Shown piece by piece: positions 1 through 9,394 of a stretch of DNA of 64,000 nt (its first letter is position 1; every line of letters starts with the position of its first letter). A program made the translations under genes and the position numbers. The notes beneath the pieces were generated by a model. The model was not told where the DNA came from. It was given only the letters and a program-made list of their open reading frames with translations, and did no database searches. Origin of the DNA: a virus (Duplodnaviria > Heunggongvirae > Uroviricota > Caudoviricetes); IMG/VR virus record IMGVR_UViG_3300038379_000173, positions 1 through 64,000 of that record. The stretch is one strand, 5' to 3'.

Positions 1-315
1 CCAGAGGGAACGTTGACCGCCTACAAGTTGTGCAACGGTATCTTGGTTACCCTCGAAATTCCGGCGGAGGCTAAGCGCACTGCTTCGCTTGTCGGGCCCA
101 AATGCCGCGCGGAATTCGCTATCGTGCGCCACGTGGACCATCCGTGGAAGGTTGCACGTAGTAGTGCTCAGCGTCCTCATAATACGCCCGAAATTGTCTA
201 CATGGAGGGCGCCACCGTTCTCCCCGACCGTTTTGATGACGATATCCGCGTAGAGTGTACGCATGGGGTACATTTCTACAGGACTAAGGAAGAAACATTG
301 GCGAGCGGATTTTAG
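1..315 (+). CDS. pentapeptide-repeat-protein paralog, C-terminal domain (5' partial at window edge)
   Basis: frame-1 ORF is open from base 1; near-identical (nt) and ~93% aa identical to 9815..10129, the C-terminus of CDS 9395..10129. Confidence 0.6.
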   Translation, partial: PEGTLTAYKLCNGILVTLEIPAEAKRTASLVGPKCRAEFAIVRHVDHPWKVARSSAQRPHNTPEIVYMEGATVLPDRFDDDIRVECTHGVHFYRTKEETLASGF

Positions 316-320
316 GTAGT

Positions 321-542
321 ATGAAATCCATATGGAATGAGCGCCTAGCACTCCACCCAGATGTTTCTACGTTAGGTATAGAGATTAATCGCTTAGTAGA
401 GGATTTATTTAATAAATACAAAGCCTATAACCCTAGGGAAATTGCTACTGAAATCATATCAATCGCTTCAATAAAGGCCGCAAAGCGCATTTGTGAGTGG
501 AGACACCCACCAGATGATTGTGTAAACCACATGGTAGGATAA
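321..542 (+). CDS. hypothetical protein (73 aa)
   Basis: ORF starts 6 nt after the upstream stop. Confidence 0.4.
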   Translation: MKSIWNERLALHPDVSTLGIEINRLVEDLFNKYKAYNPREIATEIISIASIKAAKRICEWRHPPDDCVNHMVG

Positions 543-544
543 AC

Positions 545-868
545 ATGGATTGTGAATTAAAAGTACATTGGGTCGCGGCCCTGCGTAGCAAAAAATATAC
601 CCAAGGTCGAGGTAACCTACACAAAAGAACAAACGGCGAATTGTATTACTGTTGTATTGGTGCACTGTGCGACATTATAAACCCTTCCTGGAAGTATTCT
701 CTAGATAATGTAGGCGGCTGGTGGAATGGTTCACTGTACGGTATTGATACAGACACTCTCCATTCTATTGGATTATCTGAGTCAGACCAAACAGTACTTA
801 TTGAGATGAACGACAGGAAGAGTTGTTCCTTCGAAGAAATTGCTTCATATATAGAGAATACCCTATGA
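545..868 (+). CDS. hypothetical protein, paralog family W copy 1 (W-V-A-A-L-R-S-x-K-Y...CCxGxLCDI...FEEIAxYIE)
   Basis: ATG 2 nt after upstream TAA; shares N- and C-terminal motifs with 865..1230 and 29177..29503. Confidence 0.55.
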   Translation: MDCELKVHWVAALRSKKYTQGRGNLHKRTNGELYYCCIGALCDIINPSWKYSLDNVGGWWNGSLYGIDTDTLHSIGLSESDQTVLIEMNDRKSCSFEEIASYIENTL

Positions 869-1230
869 TGAACAAGGAACTAAAAGCACGCTGGGTGGCG
901 GCCCTTCGGTCTGGTAAATACGCCCAGGGCCAAGGATATTTGCGAGTGGGAGATAACTTTTGCTGCCTGGGTGTTCTGTGCGACATTATCGATAGTAAGG
1001 GGTGGACTCCAAATACTTCTCCTTATGACGGCAGCCAGTGGCTAGTCGATTCCATTCATTGGTGGTGGTCTGATGGCGATGGGTGTGCGGCTGGAGCACT
1101 TCCCGTTAAGGTCCTAAATAGGATTAACTTGTTCGATGAGCAAGAAGAATTTGTGTTGATGGATATGAATGACAGTGGTAAAACCTTTGAAGAAATCGCC
1201 CTCTATATTGAAGGAGCCAAAAATGTTTAG
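865..1230 (+). CDS. hypothetical protein, paralog family W copy 2
   Basis: ATGA start/stop overlap with previous gene; motif ARWVAALRSGKY...CCLGVLCDI...FEEIALYIE. Confidence 0.55.
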   Translation: MMNKELKARWVAALRSGKYAQGQGYLRVGDNFCCLGVLCDIIDSKGWTPNTSPYDGSQWLVDSIHWWWSDGDGCAAGALPVKVLNRINLFDEQEEFVLMDMNDSGKTFEEIALYIEGAKNV

Positions 1231-1465
1231 CGACAACGATACTTTTTATGACGACTATGGGGCATATGATTATGATGACGAACATTGCTTCTCGATGATG
1301 TTTGCGGACCCAGGCGGCCAAAGTGCCCTTAGGGCGGCCAGCCCAACTAATCCGCGCATTCATCCGTGCCCAACTTGTGGGGCGCAAGACCGGCTAACCC
1401 CCAAGGATGTTGCGTTGGGCTATCAATGTGATGATTGTGCGGCCACGGACGAAAGGGGATGGTGA
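1223..1465 (+). CDS. hypothetical acidic protein (80 aa)
   Basis: strong RBS aaggag 6 nt upstream of ATG 1223; Cys pairs near the C-terminus. Confidence 0.5.
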   Translation: MFSDNDTFYDDYGAYDYDDEHCFSMMFADPGGQSALRAASPTNPRIHPCPTCGAQDRLTPKDVALGYQCDDCAATDERGW

Positions 1466-1469
1466 AAGA

Positions 1470-1694
1470 ATGAATTTACTCCAACAACTGGAAAAACTTT
1501 TTCTTACTGGGTATAGTATAGGCGTGGCAGATTGTACGCTCAGTGCGTTGAAGCATGGCGTACAAGGCGCGTACACTATAAGCGATACAAGAAAGACACA
1601 AGCTACCAGGGAGTTTCTCTGTAGAGAGATAGCTAAAATAGAGGATGCTATCATAGCAGAGTTTACAAAGCCACCAACGCTATGTCTAAATTAA
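1470..1694 (+). CDS. hypothetical protein (74 aa)
   Basis: ATG 1470 preceded by aaagggg/ggtgaaag; starts 4 nt after upstream TGA. Confidence 0.45.
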   Translation: MNLLQQLEKLFLTGYSIGVADCTLSALKHGVQGAYTISDTRKTQATREFLCREIAKIEDAIIAEFTKPPTLCLN

Positions 1695-1843
1695 TCGCCA
1701 TAGAACGCCCTATATTGTGTCCGTCGTGCGGGCGCCCTAGCGGCTTAAAACAAGGGCCCGCCTGGATTGTTGTGCCCCAGGGAGGGTTAGCTTGCCAACA
1801 CTGTGGGGCAGTTGTTATTTTGCCTCTTAAAATCACTTGGTAG
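1682..1843 (+). CDS. small Zn-ribbon protein (53 aa; CPSCG...CQHCG)
   Basis: short ORF absent from the track (<60 aa); two CxxC pairs. Confidence 0.3.
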   Translation: MSKLIAIERPILCPSCGRPSGLKQGPAWIVVPQGGLACQHCGAVVILPLKITW

Positions 1844-2075
1844 CGACATCCTAGGCGAATTGCTACGTCATAGCTGGCTTCGGCTGGAAATACATATTGT
1901 GTCCCCAAGGGGTTAACGGTAGGCTACCATCGCCAAACTATACTACCCAATGATATGATTAGCAATGTGGGCGGCGGCCGTGGGTCCGTTATTCAAGTAA
2001 TGAGAGGTTCGAGACCTCTGCCGCTCATTCATTACAAATGATTCCACGGTGTGGAACACGGAGTGTGAGTAAAAA

Positions 2076-2264
2076 ATGAAAACGCCAGAACAAATAGCCG
2101 CCGCCATTAAAGCTCAGGCGGAACTTTGCCTCATCGCAAACATTCCTCATTTTGCCCCATACGACGGTCGTTGTTATTCATGCGGCGGCCAAATCTACCA
2201 TGTAGTAGATGGTAAAACATTCATTACTGGATGTCCATTGTGCCATAGGAGTTACTGTGACTGA
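2076..2264 (+). CDS. small Cys-rich protein (CYSCGG...CPLCH)
   Basis: ORF with Zn-ribbon-like Cys pairs; several hairpins lie upstream at 1950..2060. Confidence 0.45.
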   Translation: MKTPEQIAAAIKAQAELCLIANIPHFAPYDGRCYSCGGQIYHVVDGKTFITGCPLCHRSYCD

Positions 2265-2502
2265 AGATGCGCACTTTGATAAACTCCCCAGCTTGCTAAG
2301 AGACTTTGCCGACTATGTTCAAAGTAGCCCCGATAGGGTCGCTAGATGGCGGGTTATGTCTCCCCTCTCTGTTGAATATCGCCTAGCTCTCTCTGATGCG
2401 TGCAGGGGGATTGCTAAGTTAGTTGAGGCTATCCAGAAAGATGATAGTGGGGACTCATACGACACCTTTGAAAAACTCATGGCCTCTATGGGAGAAAGTT
2501 AA
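2257..2502 (+). CDS. hypothetical protein (possible GTG start)
   Basis: aggag sits 5 nt upstream of GTG 2257 inside the track ORF 2209..2502. Confidence 0.35.
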   Translation: MTEDAHFDKLPSLLRDFADYVQSSPDRVARWRVMSPLSVEYRLALSDACRGIAKLVEAIQKDDSGDSYDTFEKLMASMGES

Positions 2503-2529
2503 AATGATTCCTCGTAGGAACGGAGAGGA

Positions 2530-2796
2530 ATGCGGAGCGTGCTAAAACACTTCTTATTTGTCCGCCATGATAGCGGCGCGCGAGATGTAGTGGAATTGAG
2601 TGAAGCCGCGGCGACTATGGTCCGGGAACGGTATGTTTCACTTAAAGGAAACTGGCCGCTCGAAACTGTCCACGGCGACCTAGTACATATCAATTTCTCA
2701 AAAGTCACGCTCTATAGAGTTGTTACTCAAAATACCACCAAGAAGTCGCCAAATCCATTTAACGATGATGAAGTTTATGATGACGTAATGCACTGA
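2530..2796 (+). CDS. hypothetical protein (88 aa)
   Basis: RBS ggagagga before ATG. Confidence 0.5.
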   Translation: MRSVLKHFLFVRHDSGARDVVELSEAAATMVRERYVSLKGNWPLETVHGDLVHINFSKVTLYRVVTQNTTKKSPNPFNDDEVYDDVMH

Positions 2797-2983
2797 GGAT
2801 AGAATGAAAACGAAGAAGGGCCGCCGCATTCCCAATCAACCTATCTATATAGCGCCTGATGGAATAATTAGGTTCATGCCTAACAAAATAGTGAAGATGG
2901 ATAGTAGACCTCATTAGTGATTGGCGTGATGGCGACTATGTGTCGTTTAAACTGCCACACAATACATCTAGTGATGGTTATGC

Positions 2984-3181
2984 ATGGTGATGCGCGAATT
3001 ACTTAGTTCCTTCAGATGTCCCGATTGTGATTCAAGCGACATCGACATTAGTAGAGAGAACTACCATCCAGACGGAGCAGACATTGTGGATTGCGAAGGG
3101 TGTGGACATACCTTCCAAGTGTCGTACAAAATAGATACCGTGAAGAGAATTAAGACTCCAAGGGATACCGAAGATGTTTAA
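2984..3181 (+). CDS. small Zn-ribbon protein (CPDC...CEGCGH)
   Basis: ORF with two CxxC pairs. Confidence 0.45.
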   Translation: MVMRELLSSFRCPDCDSSDIDISRENYHPDGADIVDCEGCGHTFQVSYKIDTVKRIKTPRDTEDV

Positions 3182-3566
3182 TATCATAATGCGCATGGGC
3201 TCTTACGAAGACGCTATGGCGGGGGTTATGATGTGGGAGTCCGACATAGATTTTGACACATCCCAAGAAGCTCTCAACGACTTTGTGGATTTTCTTCTTG
3301 AATTTTACATAGAAGACAACTGCGACCCATTCATGGAGCATTCTGAAGAAGATATTATGGAGTGGCTCCATAGTCTGCCTATGCGCGCTTGTCACACTTT
3401 TTTTATGACAGCCCCAGAAACTTGGAATCCATTCGGACGACTAGATATACAAAATACTCTAGTTTTCATTGATAATGACGCTCTAGAGGATTTTACGCCC
3501 ATTGATATAGTGCGCGCAATGCAAGCAAAAGCAATAGTGGCGGGAATGGAAGGTAAGGATGAGTAA
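3174..3566 (+). CDS. hypothetical acidic protein (130 aa)
   Basis: ORF overlapping the upstream stop; highly acidic composition. Confidence 0.5.
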   Translation: MFNIIMRMGSYEDAMAGVMMWESDIDFDTSQEALNDFVDFLLEFYIEDNCDPFMEHSEEDIMEWLHSLPMRACHTFFMTAPETWNPFGRLDIQNTLVFIDNDALEDFTPIDIVRAMQAKAIVAGMEGKDE

Positions 3567-3810
3567 GGAAATTAAACTCTATAGTTGGCGCGCCAATGAC
3601 AATTTAGGAGAAAAGGCCGAAGCTATCGTAGCAGGGATGAGAGAACCGCGTATTGACTCAATGGATTTGCTTGCCGCGGTTTGGCATGAAGCTAAAAAAC
3701 AAGGTGTCAAATTATCGTTGAGGCGACTTGGTGCCAATTGGGCGACCGAAGCAGAATATACTCACGATGAAATTGAGGTCTGCTTAGAATACAATATAAG
3801 TTGCCTTTGA
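3559..3810 (+). CDS. hypothetical protein (83 aa)
   Basis: RBS ggaagg/aagga before ATG; ATGA overlap with upstream gene. Confidence 0.5.
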   Translation: MSKEIKLYSWRANDNLGEKAEAIVAGMREPRIDSMDLLAAVWHEAKKQGVKLSLRRLGANWATEAEYTHDEIEVCLEYNISCL

Positions 3811-3947
3811 GTGGCTTCATGGCAAATGCGTTGGCTATAACAGAACAAGGCGCAGTTGATAAATTCTACAGACATTTTGCCAGAAGTAAACGTCTCTCTC
3901 GTCCTTGGTGTAAGATAAACCGCCCCATGGGACGACATTAAAAGAGG

Positions 3948-4193
3948 ATGGCCGCACATATTATGAATTCAGCAGATATCGCAGTGAGAAGTAGGTTGGC
4001 CGCCCGACTCCAAGAAGTTATGGCGGTATATCCAGAAGTGTCTCTTGCGCGCCTCATAGTGAATTGTGCCGTGAAGCGCTATAAAACAAGCGAACCTACC
4101 TATGCGGTAACAGCTAATCTGACAGATGAAATGCTCTTAGAATACTTTGACAGTCTGCTTGAGAGCAAACCACTAGTGCGAGTCACCCTATGA
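3948..4193 (+). CDS. hypothetical protein (81 aa)
   Basis: RBS aaaagagg before ATG. Confidence 0.5.
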   Translation: MAAHIMNSADIAVRSRLAARLQEVMAVYPEVSLARLIVNCAVKRYKTSEPTYAVTANLTDEMLLEYFDSLLESKPLVRVTL

Positions 4194-4339
4194 ATTATAT
4201 TTGGTGGAACCTCTTCTCGTGGGTATGTTTGGCCGGTGCCATTATTCTGGCGCTCCAAGGTATTGATGGGTGGGGTTGGTTTTTGTTTGTAGCACTCATA
4301 ACGTGCGTGGCTCCCTCTGCAACTACGAAGAGTAGTTAG
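4190..4339 (+). CDS. small membrane protein (49 aa)
   Basis: ATGA overlap with upstream stop; hydrophobic, Trp-rich; not in the track (<60 aa). Confidence 0.35.
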   Translation: MNYIWWNLFSWVCLAGAIILALQGIDGWGWFLFVALITCVAPSATTKSS

Positions 4340-4367
4340 CTGTAGCTAACCATGTGGAGATTAAAGT

Positions 4368-4562
4368 ATGAAATACTGTGAATGTCAACATTGTGAACGT
4401 TTCCGCGCCAATATGCCCGAGCCGCGACTTCTAAAGGAATGCGCTGAGGCAATGGAGCGTCAATATTCTGCGTCGGAAGATAGCCGGAGGGGAAGGATTA
4501 AGCGCGGGCTTACCAAACAGGGTAATGTGCAAGCGCCAAAAACTCCCACAAGGAGTTACTAG
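4368..4562 (+). CDS. hypothetical protein (64 aa)
   Basis: RBS ggag before ATG. Confidence 0.45.
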   Translation: MKYCECQHCERFRANMPEPRLLKECAEAMERQYSASEDSRRGRIKRGLTKQGNVQAPKTPTRSY

Positions 4563-5401
4563 TGGAATTCCGCAAAATAAAATGCACATATCCCTTTGAC
4601 CCGATTAACGGGGGCCGCTTCATCATGCCGGCCAACACAATTTGTGCGGTATTAGATGTGGCGTTAACACCTAATACGGACAGTGGAGCTAGTGACTATA
4701 CAGTCATCACTCAAAATAATAAGTTTGGGAAAGTGGGTGGGGTTATACTCCCAGACACCTTTGTCAAGGTAACCCCGACCGAAAAAGTTCTTGCCACAAA
4801 ATATAAAGGCTATGACGTGGGCACCCTGTATTACGAGTTAGACAATGCGCTAAATCCTTCGCATCTCTTGATGTTTATTGATGGACGCTTTATTGAAGGA
4901 CCGATTATGTGCACAGATACTCCAGGGGATATAAAGGAAGTAAAGCAGACTCCAGAGTCGCCATCTGAACCAGTTAAACCAACGGTAAAAGAAATGACTA
5001 TGAAACCTATTAATCTAGACGATATCCACCACAATGGAAAATCTATCAAGGATGGTTTTGCCGGGAAAGCCAAAGAGACTACCGAAGAGGTTGTTAAGTT
5101 GCTTGGCGAAGTAGTTGCGGCAGATACTACTATGGAGCTAGAATGTGTGAAGGTTAACTTGCTTAACCGTATACAGGAGAGGGCTAAACTTATCAGTGTA
5201 GCCCAAGATGTTATGCGTAAGTCATCTTCTGTGAGTCTTTCTGAGTCGGCGGCCGATGATGTTAGGGGAAAAATAATCCCAACCCACGCGTACACACCCC
5301 CAGTCGTTGTATGTAAGGGGTATAATGGCCTGGAAGTACTTGTAGCATTTGCATTTGGGGCTATACTTATTCTAACAGCACTCTTTATGGGTTTGCTGTA
5401 A
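4562..5401 (+). CDS. hypothetical protein with C-terminal transmembrane anchor (279 aa)
   Basis: GTG start with aaggag 7 nt upstream; C-terminus VAFAFGAILILTALFMGLL is hydrophobic. Confidence 0.55.
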   Translation: MEFRKIKCTYPFDPINGGRFIMPANTICAVLDVALTPNTDSGASDYTVITQNNKFGKVGGVILPDTFVKVTPTEKVLATKYKGYDVGTLYYELDNALNPSHLLMFIDGRFIEGPIMCTDTPGDIKEVKQTPESPSEPVKPTVKEMTMKPINLDDIHHNGKSIKDGFAGKAKETTEEVVKLLGEVVAADTTMELECVKVNLLNRIQERAKLISVAQDVMRKSSSVSLSESAADDVRGKIIPTHAYTPPVVVCKGYNGLEVLVAFAFGAILILTALFMGLL

Positions 5402-5405
5402 TCCT

Positions 5406-5840
5406 ATGATTTATTTGATAAAGCGCGACGACGACATCTTATTATTCGATGGACCGTCCAACTCATCTGACGTTCTAAAAGAAGCTCTAGATGCATATGA
5501 CTTAGCTAGTTCTAATTTAGAGAATGAAAGGTATGAATATAACCGTAAGATAGACGAGGAATTTGCAGCCGCCCATCCTTTTCCTAAGGAAAAAGAAGTG
5601 TGTCTTAATTGGTTCCAAAGGGTTTTTAGTACAGACGCAACAATACTAAAAAATATCCAATTTACAAAAGACCTCAATGAATACTATGAGCAGCGAAGCA
5701 AGTTTTTCCGCGCTAAAAACGCTGCTAATCCCTTTGTATACACGCTACCAACTCCAAAGTGGTCAGATTTTGTGCCCGAAGGTTTCAAGCAACTGGAGCA
5801 CGAAGAAGTTGAAGTAGAGGGCGCGTGGCCATGCGAATAA
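5406..5840 (+). CDS. hypothetical protein (144 aa)
   Basis: ORF begins 5 nt after upstream stop. Confidence 0.5.
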   Translation: MIYLIKRDDDILLFDGPSNSSDVLKEALDAYDLASSNLENERYEYNRKIDEEFAAAHPFPKEKEVCLNWFQRVFSTDATILKNIQFTKDLNEYYEQRSKFFRAKNAANPFVYTLPTPKWSDFVPEGFKQLEHEEVEVEGAWPCE

Positions 5841-6211
5841 GTCGGAAACATGGCATTATGGGCGGTATAGCTTGTGTCGACGGCACACGAATACCAATCA
5901 CAATGGTTTGCGAGCGTACTGTAGACTATATTAGAGACGACGTTGAATCGGGTAGGACACTTAAACACTCGTTAGAATTGGCCGCTAAAGATTTTAGTGA
6001 CGACTTTGATATAACCCCCGAATTAACTGCCAAAGATATGGCAGATTGCCTGTGGGTTCATTTCGGCGGAGACCTAGAGACAACTACACAAGAGTTTCAG
6101 TCTACTGTGTTTTGTAACAAATATTGTTACCTAGCAAACAAAAAAAGAATCTGTAAATTAGAATTGAACCACAGCGGTGCTCATTATGATGGGCATTTAG
6201 GATGGTGGTAA
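5825..6211 (+). CDS. DUF433-like protein (motif GGIACVDGTRIPI)
   Basis: motif resembles the conserved G-x-P-x-I-x-GTRIPV core of DUF433; start uncertain (5825, 5831 or 5858). Confidence 0.45.
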   Translation: MAMRISRKHGIMGGIACVDGTRIPITMVCERTVDYIRDDVESGRTLKHSLELAAKDFSDDFDITPELTAKDMADCLWVHFGGDLETTTQEFQSTVFCNKYCYLANKKRICKLELNHSGAHYDGHLGWW

Positions 6212-6283
6212 TGTTGTCTCTCGAATTTTCCCATATGAAAATCAATTTGTGAAAATGATTCGCGATAGCGAACATGGTAATGT

Positions 6284-6826
6284 GTGACAAACATGTGGTT
6301 TACGTCTGACACCCATTTCGGCCACTCCAACATCATCACCCTCAGTGCAAGGCCATTCTCCTCCATTGAGGAAATGAATGAGGGATTAATCTCCCGTTGG
6401 AATGAGTGCGTTAAAACGTCAGACGTTGTCTATCACTTGGGTGACTTCTCATTTCGACCGGCTTCACAGTTTCGTAGGAAACTCAACGGCCGCATCTGCC
6501 TCATAAGGGGCAATCACGATAAGGATAAGTTACTAAAGGACGCCGGCTTTGAATGGATTAAGGACGCATATAATGCGCGCGGCGACACAGAGCGTTCAAT
6601 TGGCGCGCGCTTTTGGTTGTCGCACTATCCGCATAGGGCATGGCCGCAAAGTCACAAAGGTTCCTTCCATCTCCATGGCCATTCGCACGGAAATATGCCA
6701 CGGTTGGGCCGCTCGATGGATGTTGGGGTGGACGTAGAAGGGCGCTATCGCCCCTGGCATATCGACGAAGTAATAGATGTATTGAAGGATGCCACAACAA
6801 CAGAACATCATCCGAAGGAAATGTAA
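6284..6826 (+). CDS. calcineurin-like metallophosphoesterase
   Basis: motifs SDTHFGH, GDFSFR, GNHD, GHSHG; start at GTG 6284 or ATG 6293. Confidence 0.8.
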   Translation: MTNMWFTSDTHFGHSNIITLSARPFSSIEEMNEGLISRWNECVKTSDVVYHLGDFSFRPASQFRRKLNGRICLIRGNHDKDKLLKDAGFEWIKDAYNARGDTERSIGARFWLSHYPHRAWPQSHKGSFHLHGHSHGNMPRLGRSMDVGVDVEGRYRPWHIDEVIDVLKDATTTEHHPKEM

Positions 6827-6961
6827 AAAAAGTCGAGACGAGTAGCTTACTACTTCAAATTATTTAGGCGTAACTCTTCAGATGACACACTACGTGGCCT
6901 ATACCAATATTCTTTTATTTATCCCAATACATCAAAGTGGTTACCGTCTACTATCCCGCTG

Positions 6962-7213
6962 TTGTGTTGTAGCGTATATCATTGCTTAATGAGCATTACT
7001 CAATTAACTTCGTTTGCTTATCATTTTGATGAAAAGACCGTTGAGCTTTGGCTGGTAAAAGCCGATATCACAAAACAACAAATAACTACTGATAAAGTAG
7101 CAGTAAGGTCCATTAGACTATTGCGGCAATTGCCTATACCACGAAAGCTCCCAAAGACCAAGAGTGGTTGGCGCACACAGTTGAAACATTGGGAATTAAG
7201 GGCGGATTTTTAA
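6962..7213 (+). CDS. hypothetical protein (83 aa)
   Basis: ORF only; weak support. Confidence 0.3.
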   Translation: MCCSVYHCLMSITQLTSFAYHFDEKTVELWLVKADITKQQITTDKVAVRSIRLLRQLPIPRKLPKTKSGWRTQLKHWELRADF

Positions 7214-7224
7214 GTTGCGCAGCT

Positions 7225-7950
7225 ATGGACGAACATTCACTTTCCGCCGACGTTATATTAGAAGTTATCCATGGTTCAAGGGCCTATGGTACCCACCATC
7301 CTGATAGCGATGTAGACTACAAAGGGGTAGTGTTGCCAACAACCCCTGCCATTTATTTTGGATTTGGACACTTCGAACAGAAAGATAAATGGGCCGACGG
7401 CGTTGACCGTGTATGGTACGATTTGCGCAAGTTTTGCCGACTGGCCCTGATGTGTAACCCTAACATCATTGAGGTCCTTTGGGTGCCGCCAGAATGTATT
7501 AAGGTGTGCACCGATATTGGCCACGAACTCATAGAAATGCGCCAGAGTTTTCTTTCCAAAAGAATCTTTAGGTCATTTGCCGGGTATGCTTATGACCAGG
7601 GAAAGAAATTGGCGGCAAAGGTAGAAAGAGGCGAACAGCCAAACTGGAAACATGCTATGCATCTAGTGCGCCTTTCTAGGATGGCGAACGAGATAGCAAG
7701 TAATGGTTCCATTATAGTACGGCGGCCGGACGCAGAAGAATTGAAAGAAATACGCGCCGGCCGTTGGAGTTACGACAAAATTATGGCGCATGTCGAGTTC
7801 CTAAAGGAATCCACGCACGTCCTTGAGAGTAGTAGTCCGCTACCAGTCCACCCTAATGATAGGGGCGTTGAGGAGTGGGTGGTTGGAGTGATACAACGGA
7901 GATTGCTTGGCGATGATATATATCGAAATTATGGATGCGTTAAAGAATGA
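7225..7950 (+). CDS. pol-beta-superfamily nucleotidyltransferase
   Basis: G-S-x9-D-S-D-V-D motif (GSRAYGTHHPDSDVDY) near the N-terminus; track ORF starts at TTG 7168, ATG at 7225. Confidence 0.7.
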   Translation: MDEHSLSADVILEVIHGSRAYGTHHPDSDVDYKGVVLPTTPAIYFGFGHFEQKDKWADGVDRVWYDLRKFCRLALMCNPNIIEVLWVPPECIKVCTDIGHELIEMRQSFLSKRIFRSFAGYAYDQGKKLAAKVERGEQPNWKHAMHLVRLSRMANEIASNGSIIVRRPDAEELKEIRAGRWSYDKIMAHVEFLKESTHVLESSSPLPVHPNDRGVEEWVVGVIQRRLLGDDIYRNYGCVKE

Positions 7951-8245
7951 GCCACGGCCAGGCGGATTGAGTAAGTTGATGAGGATACTAAACTCAACAC
8001 TCTTAGCTGGCCATTTTAATGCAGTTGATAAGGTATTAAAGATTGCTGACCCGCGCGAACTATCGGTGCGCGCCTCTATAGCACTTCTAACTGTCACATT
8101 GTCTGGGACCGACCAAGGATTACCATCTCGCCTGGGTTTTTTTCAACGCACTCTCGAACACTTTGAATCTATCGGTGAAAACGATATCAGGGGGCTATTG
8201 GGCGGCCTAGGCCCACTACCAGCTAAATATACGGAGATACAATGA
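7907..8245 (+). CDS. hypothetical protein
   Basis: ORF overlapping the nucleotidyltransferase 3' end; start uncertain. Confidence 0.4.
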   Translation: MAMIYIEIMDALKNEPRPGGLSKLMRILNSTLLAGHFNAVDKVLKIADPRELSVRASIALLTVTLSGTDQGLPSRLGFFQRTLEHFESIGENDIRGLLGGLGPLPAKYTEIQ

Positions 8246-8544
8246 CACTAATAGAAAAACTTCATGCGTTGTGGCCAGAAACATACAAAGGGTCAAAAAC
8301 TCTTCGTGGTTTCGAAATCTACCTGTCAAAAACAGGAAATATAATAAGGGTAATAGTCTCGCAAATGTATGAATTTGTTGATTGTTCTTTTAAAATTCTC
8401 AAAGGGCTGGCCGACATTTTTGGCACAGAATCAATCGACGTGGAAGGTTACAGTACGAGTGGCTGCGAGACGTGCGATTTTGGCTCGTCTTACATCAAAA
8501 CCTTCATAATTGAAAAAGCCACTAAACACACAGATGAGATATGA
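8242..8544 (+). CDS. hypothetical protein (100 aa)
   Basis: ATGA overlap with upstream gene. Confidence 0.5.
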   Translation: MTLIEKLHALWPETYKGSKTLRGFEIYLSKTGNIIRVIVSQMYEFVDCSFKILKGLADIFGTESIDVEGYSTSGCETCDFGSSYIKTFIIEKATKHTDEI

Positions 8545-8723
8545 CTAAGAAACATTTCGTTGAAATCGCACGTATTATCAACGGTGTCACCCCGCACGAA
8601 TATGGAACGTGTGATGGTCGTCGTGTTGCCATAGAGATAGCTGAACGTCTTGCTACATTTTTCTCAACACTCAACACCCATTTTGACCGCGCCGTCTTTA
8701 TGGCCGCGGCTATCCCGGAGTAA
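8541..8723 (+). CDS. hypothetical protein (60 aa)
   Basis: ATGA overlap with upstream gene. Confidence 0.45.
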   Translation: MTKKHFVEIARIINGVTPHEYGTCDGRRVAIEIAERLATFFSTLNTHFDRAVFMAAAIPE

Positions 8724-8725
8724 AA

Positions 8726-9391
8726 GTGCTCGATAGAGATACAGTTATAAAAAGAGCTGCCGATAACCTAACACGCATTTGTAATCTATCAAATGCCATA
8801 GAAGAAGTAATATCATCAAAAGACCACGTATTGGTGGGCTCAGCGGTATATAAAGCCCTTTGGGGAATAAACAAAAATATCCGTCACATATGCACCAACT
8901 ACGATTTTTTAGTCTGGGACCGTCCGGATGTCACAAAAGTAATGGCGGCATTTACCAGTGTGGGACTGACTCCGCAAGGTATAAGTAGCTCTTATGGCGG
9001 AAGTGCATTACAAATTACTCTCGCTGGCGAATTAACTGTCGATGTCGTATATGCCCCAGCTATGTCTTGGGACTGTCTCAATGAATTTACAATCCGAACA
9101 CCTCTAACGCACCAGGCCGTCTTCTTTTCAGAAGTGTCCTATCGACGTGGAGTATCTGCAAGTTTGTCCCTACAAGGCCCTGGGATTGACGATGCAATGG
9201 CCGGACAATTTAGAATCAATCCCACTGGGGATTTTAAACCCTCCGTACAATATCCGACAGTAGAAAGCTATGCTGCAGCAATAGCCGCGCGCACTGGATT
9301 TAAATGGTTAGACAGCACACCAGAAAAACACAAGTGTCGTTGTGATATTGTCACTTTGATGGGCCGCGGATGTAAATGTGGCGGGATATAA
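8726..9391 (+). CDS. hypothetical protein (221 aa)
   Basis: GTG start with ggag upstream. Confidence 0.5.
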   Translation: MLDRDTVIKRAADNLTRICNLSNAIEEVISSKDHVLVGSAVYKALWGINKNIRHICTNYDFLVWDRPDVTKVMAAFTSVGLTPQGISSSYGGSALQITLAGELTVDVVYAPAMSWDCLNEFTIRTPLTHQAVFFSEVSYRRGVSASLSLQGPGIDDAMAGQFRINPTGDFKPSVQYPTVESYAAAIAARTGFKWLDSTPEKHKCRCDIVTLMGRGCKCGGI

Positions 9392-9394
9392 AAT

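Noticed and set aside
4831-5295. Antisense ORFs inside CDSs (e.g. 4831..5295 -, 24089..24577 -, 14989..15530 -, 6549..6811 both strands)
   Set aside because: They are fully embedded in better-supported genes on the opposite strand or another frame, lack start context, and have low-complexity translations.
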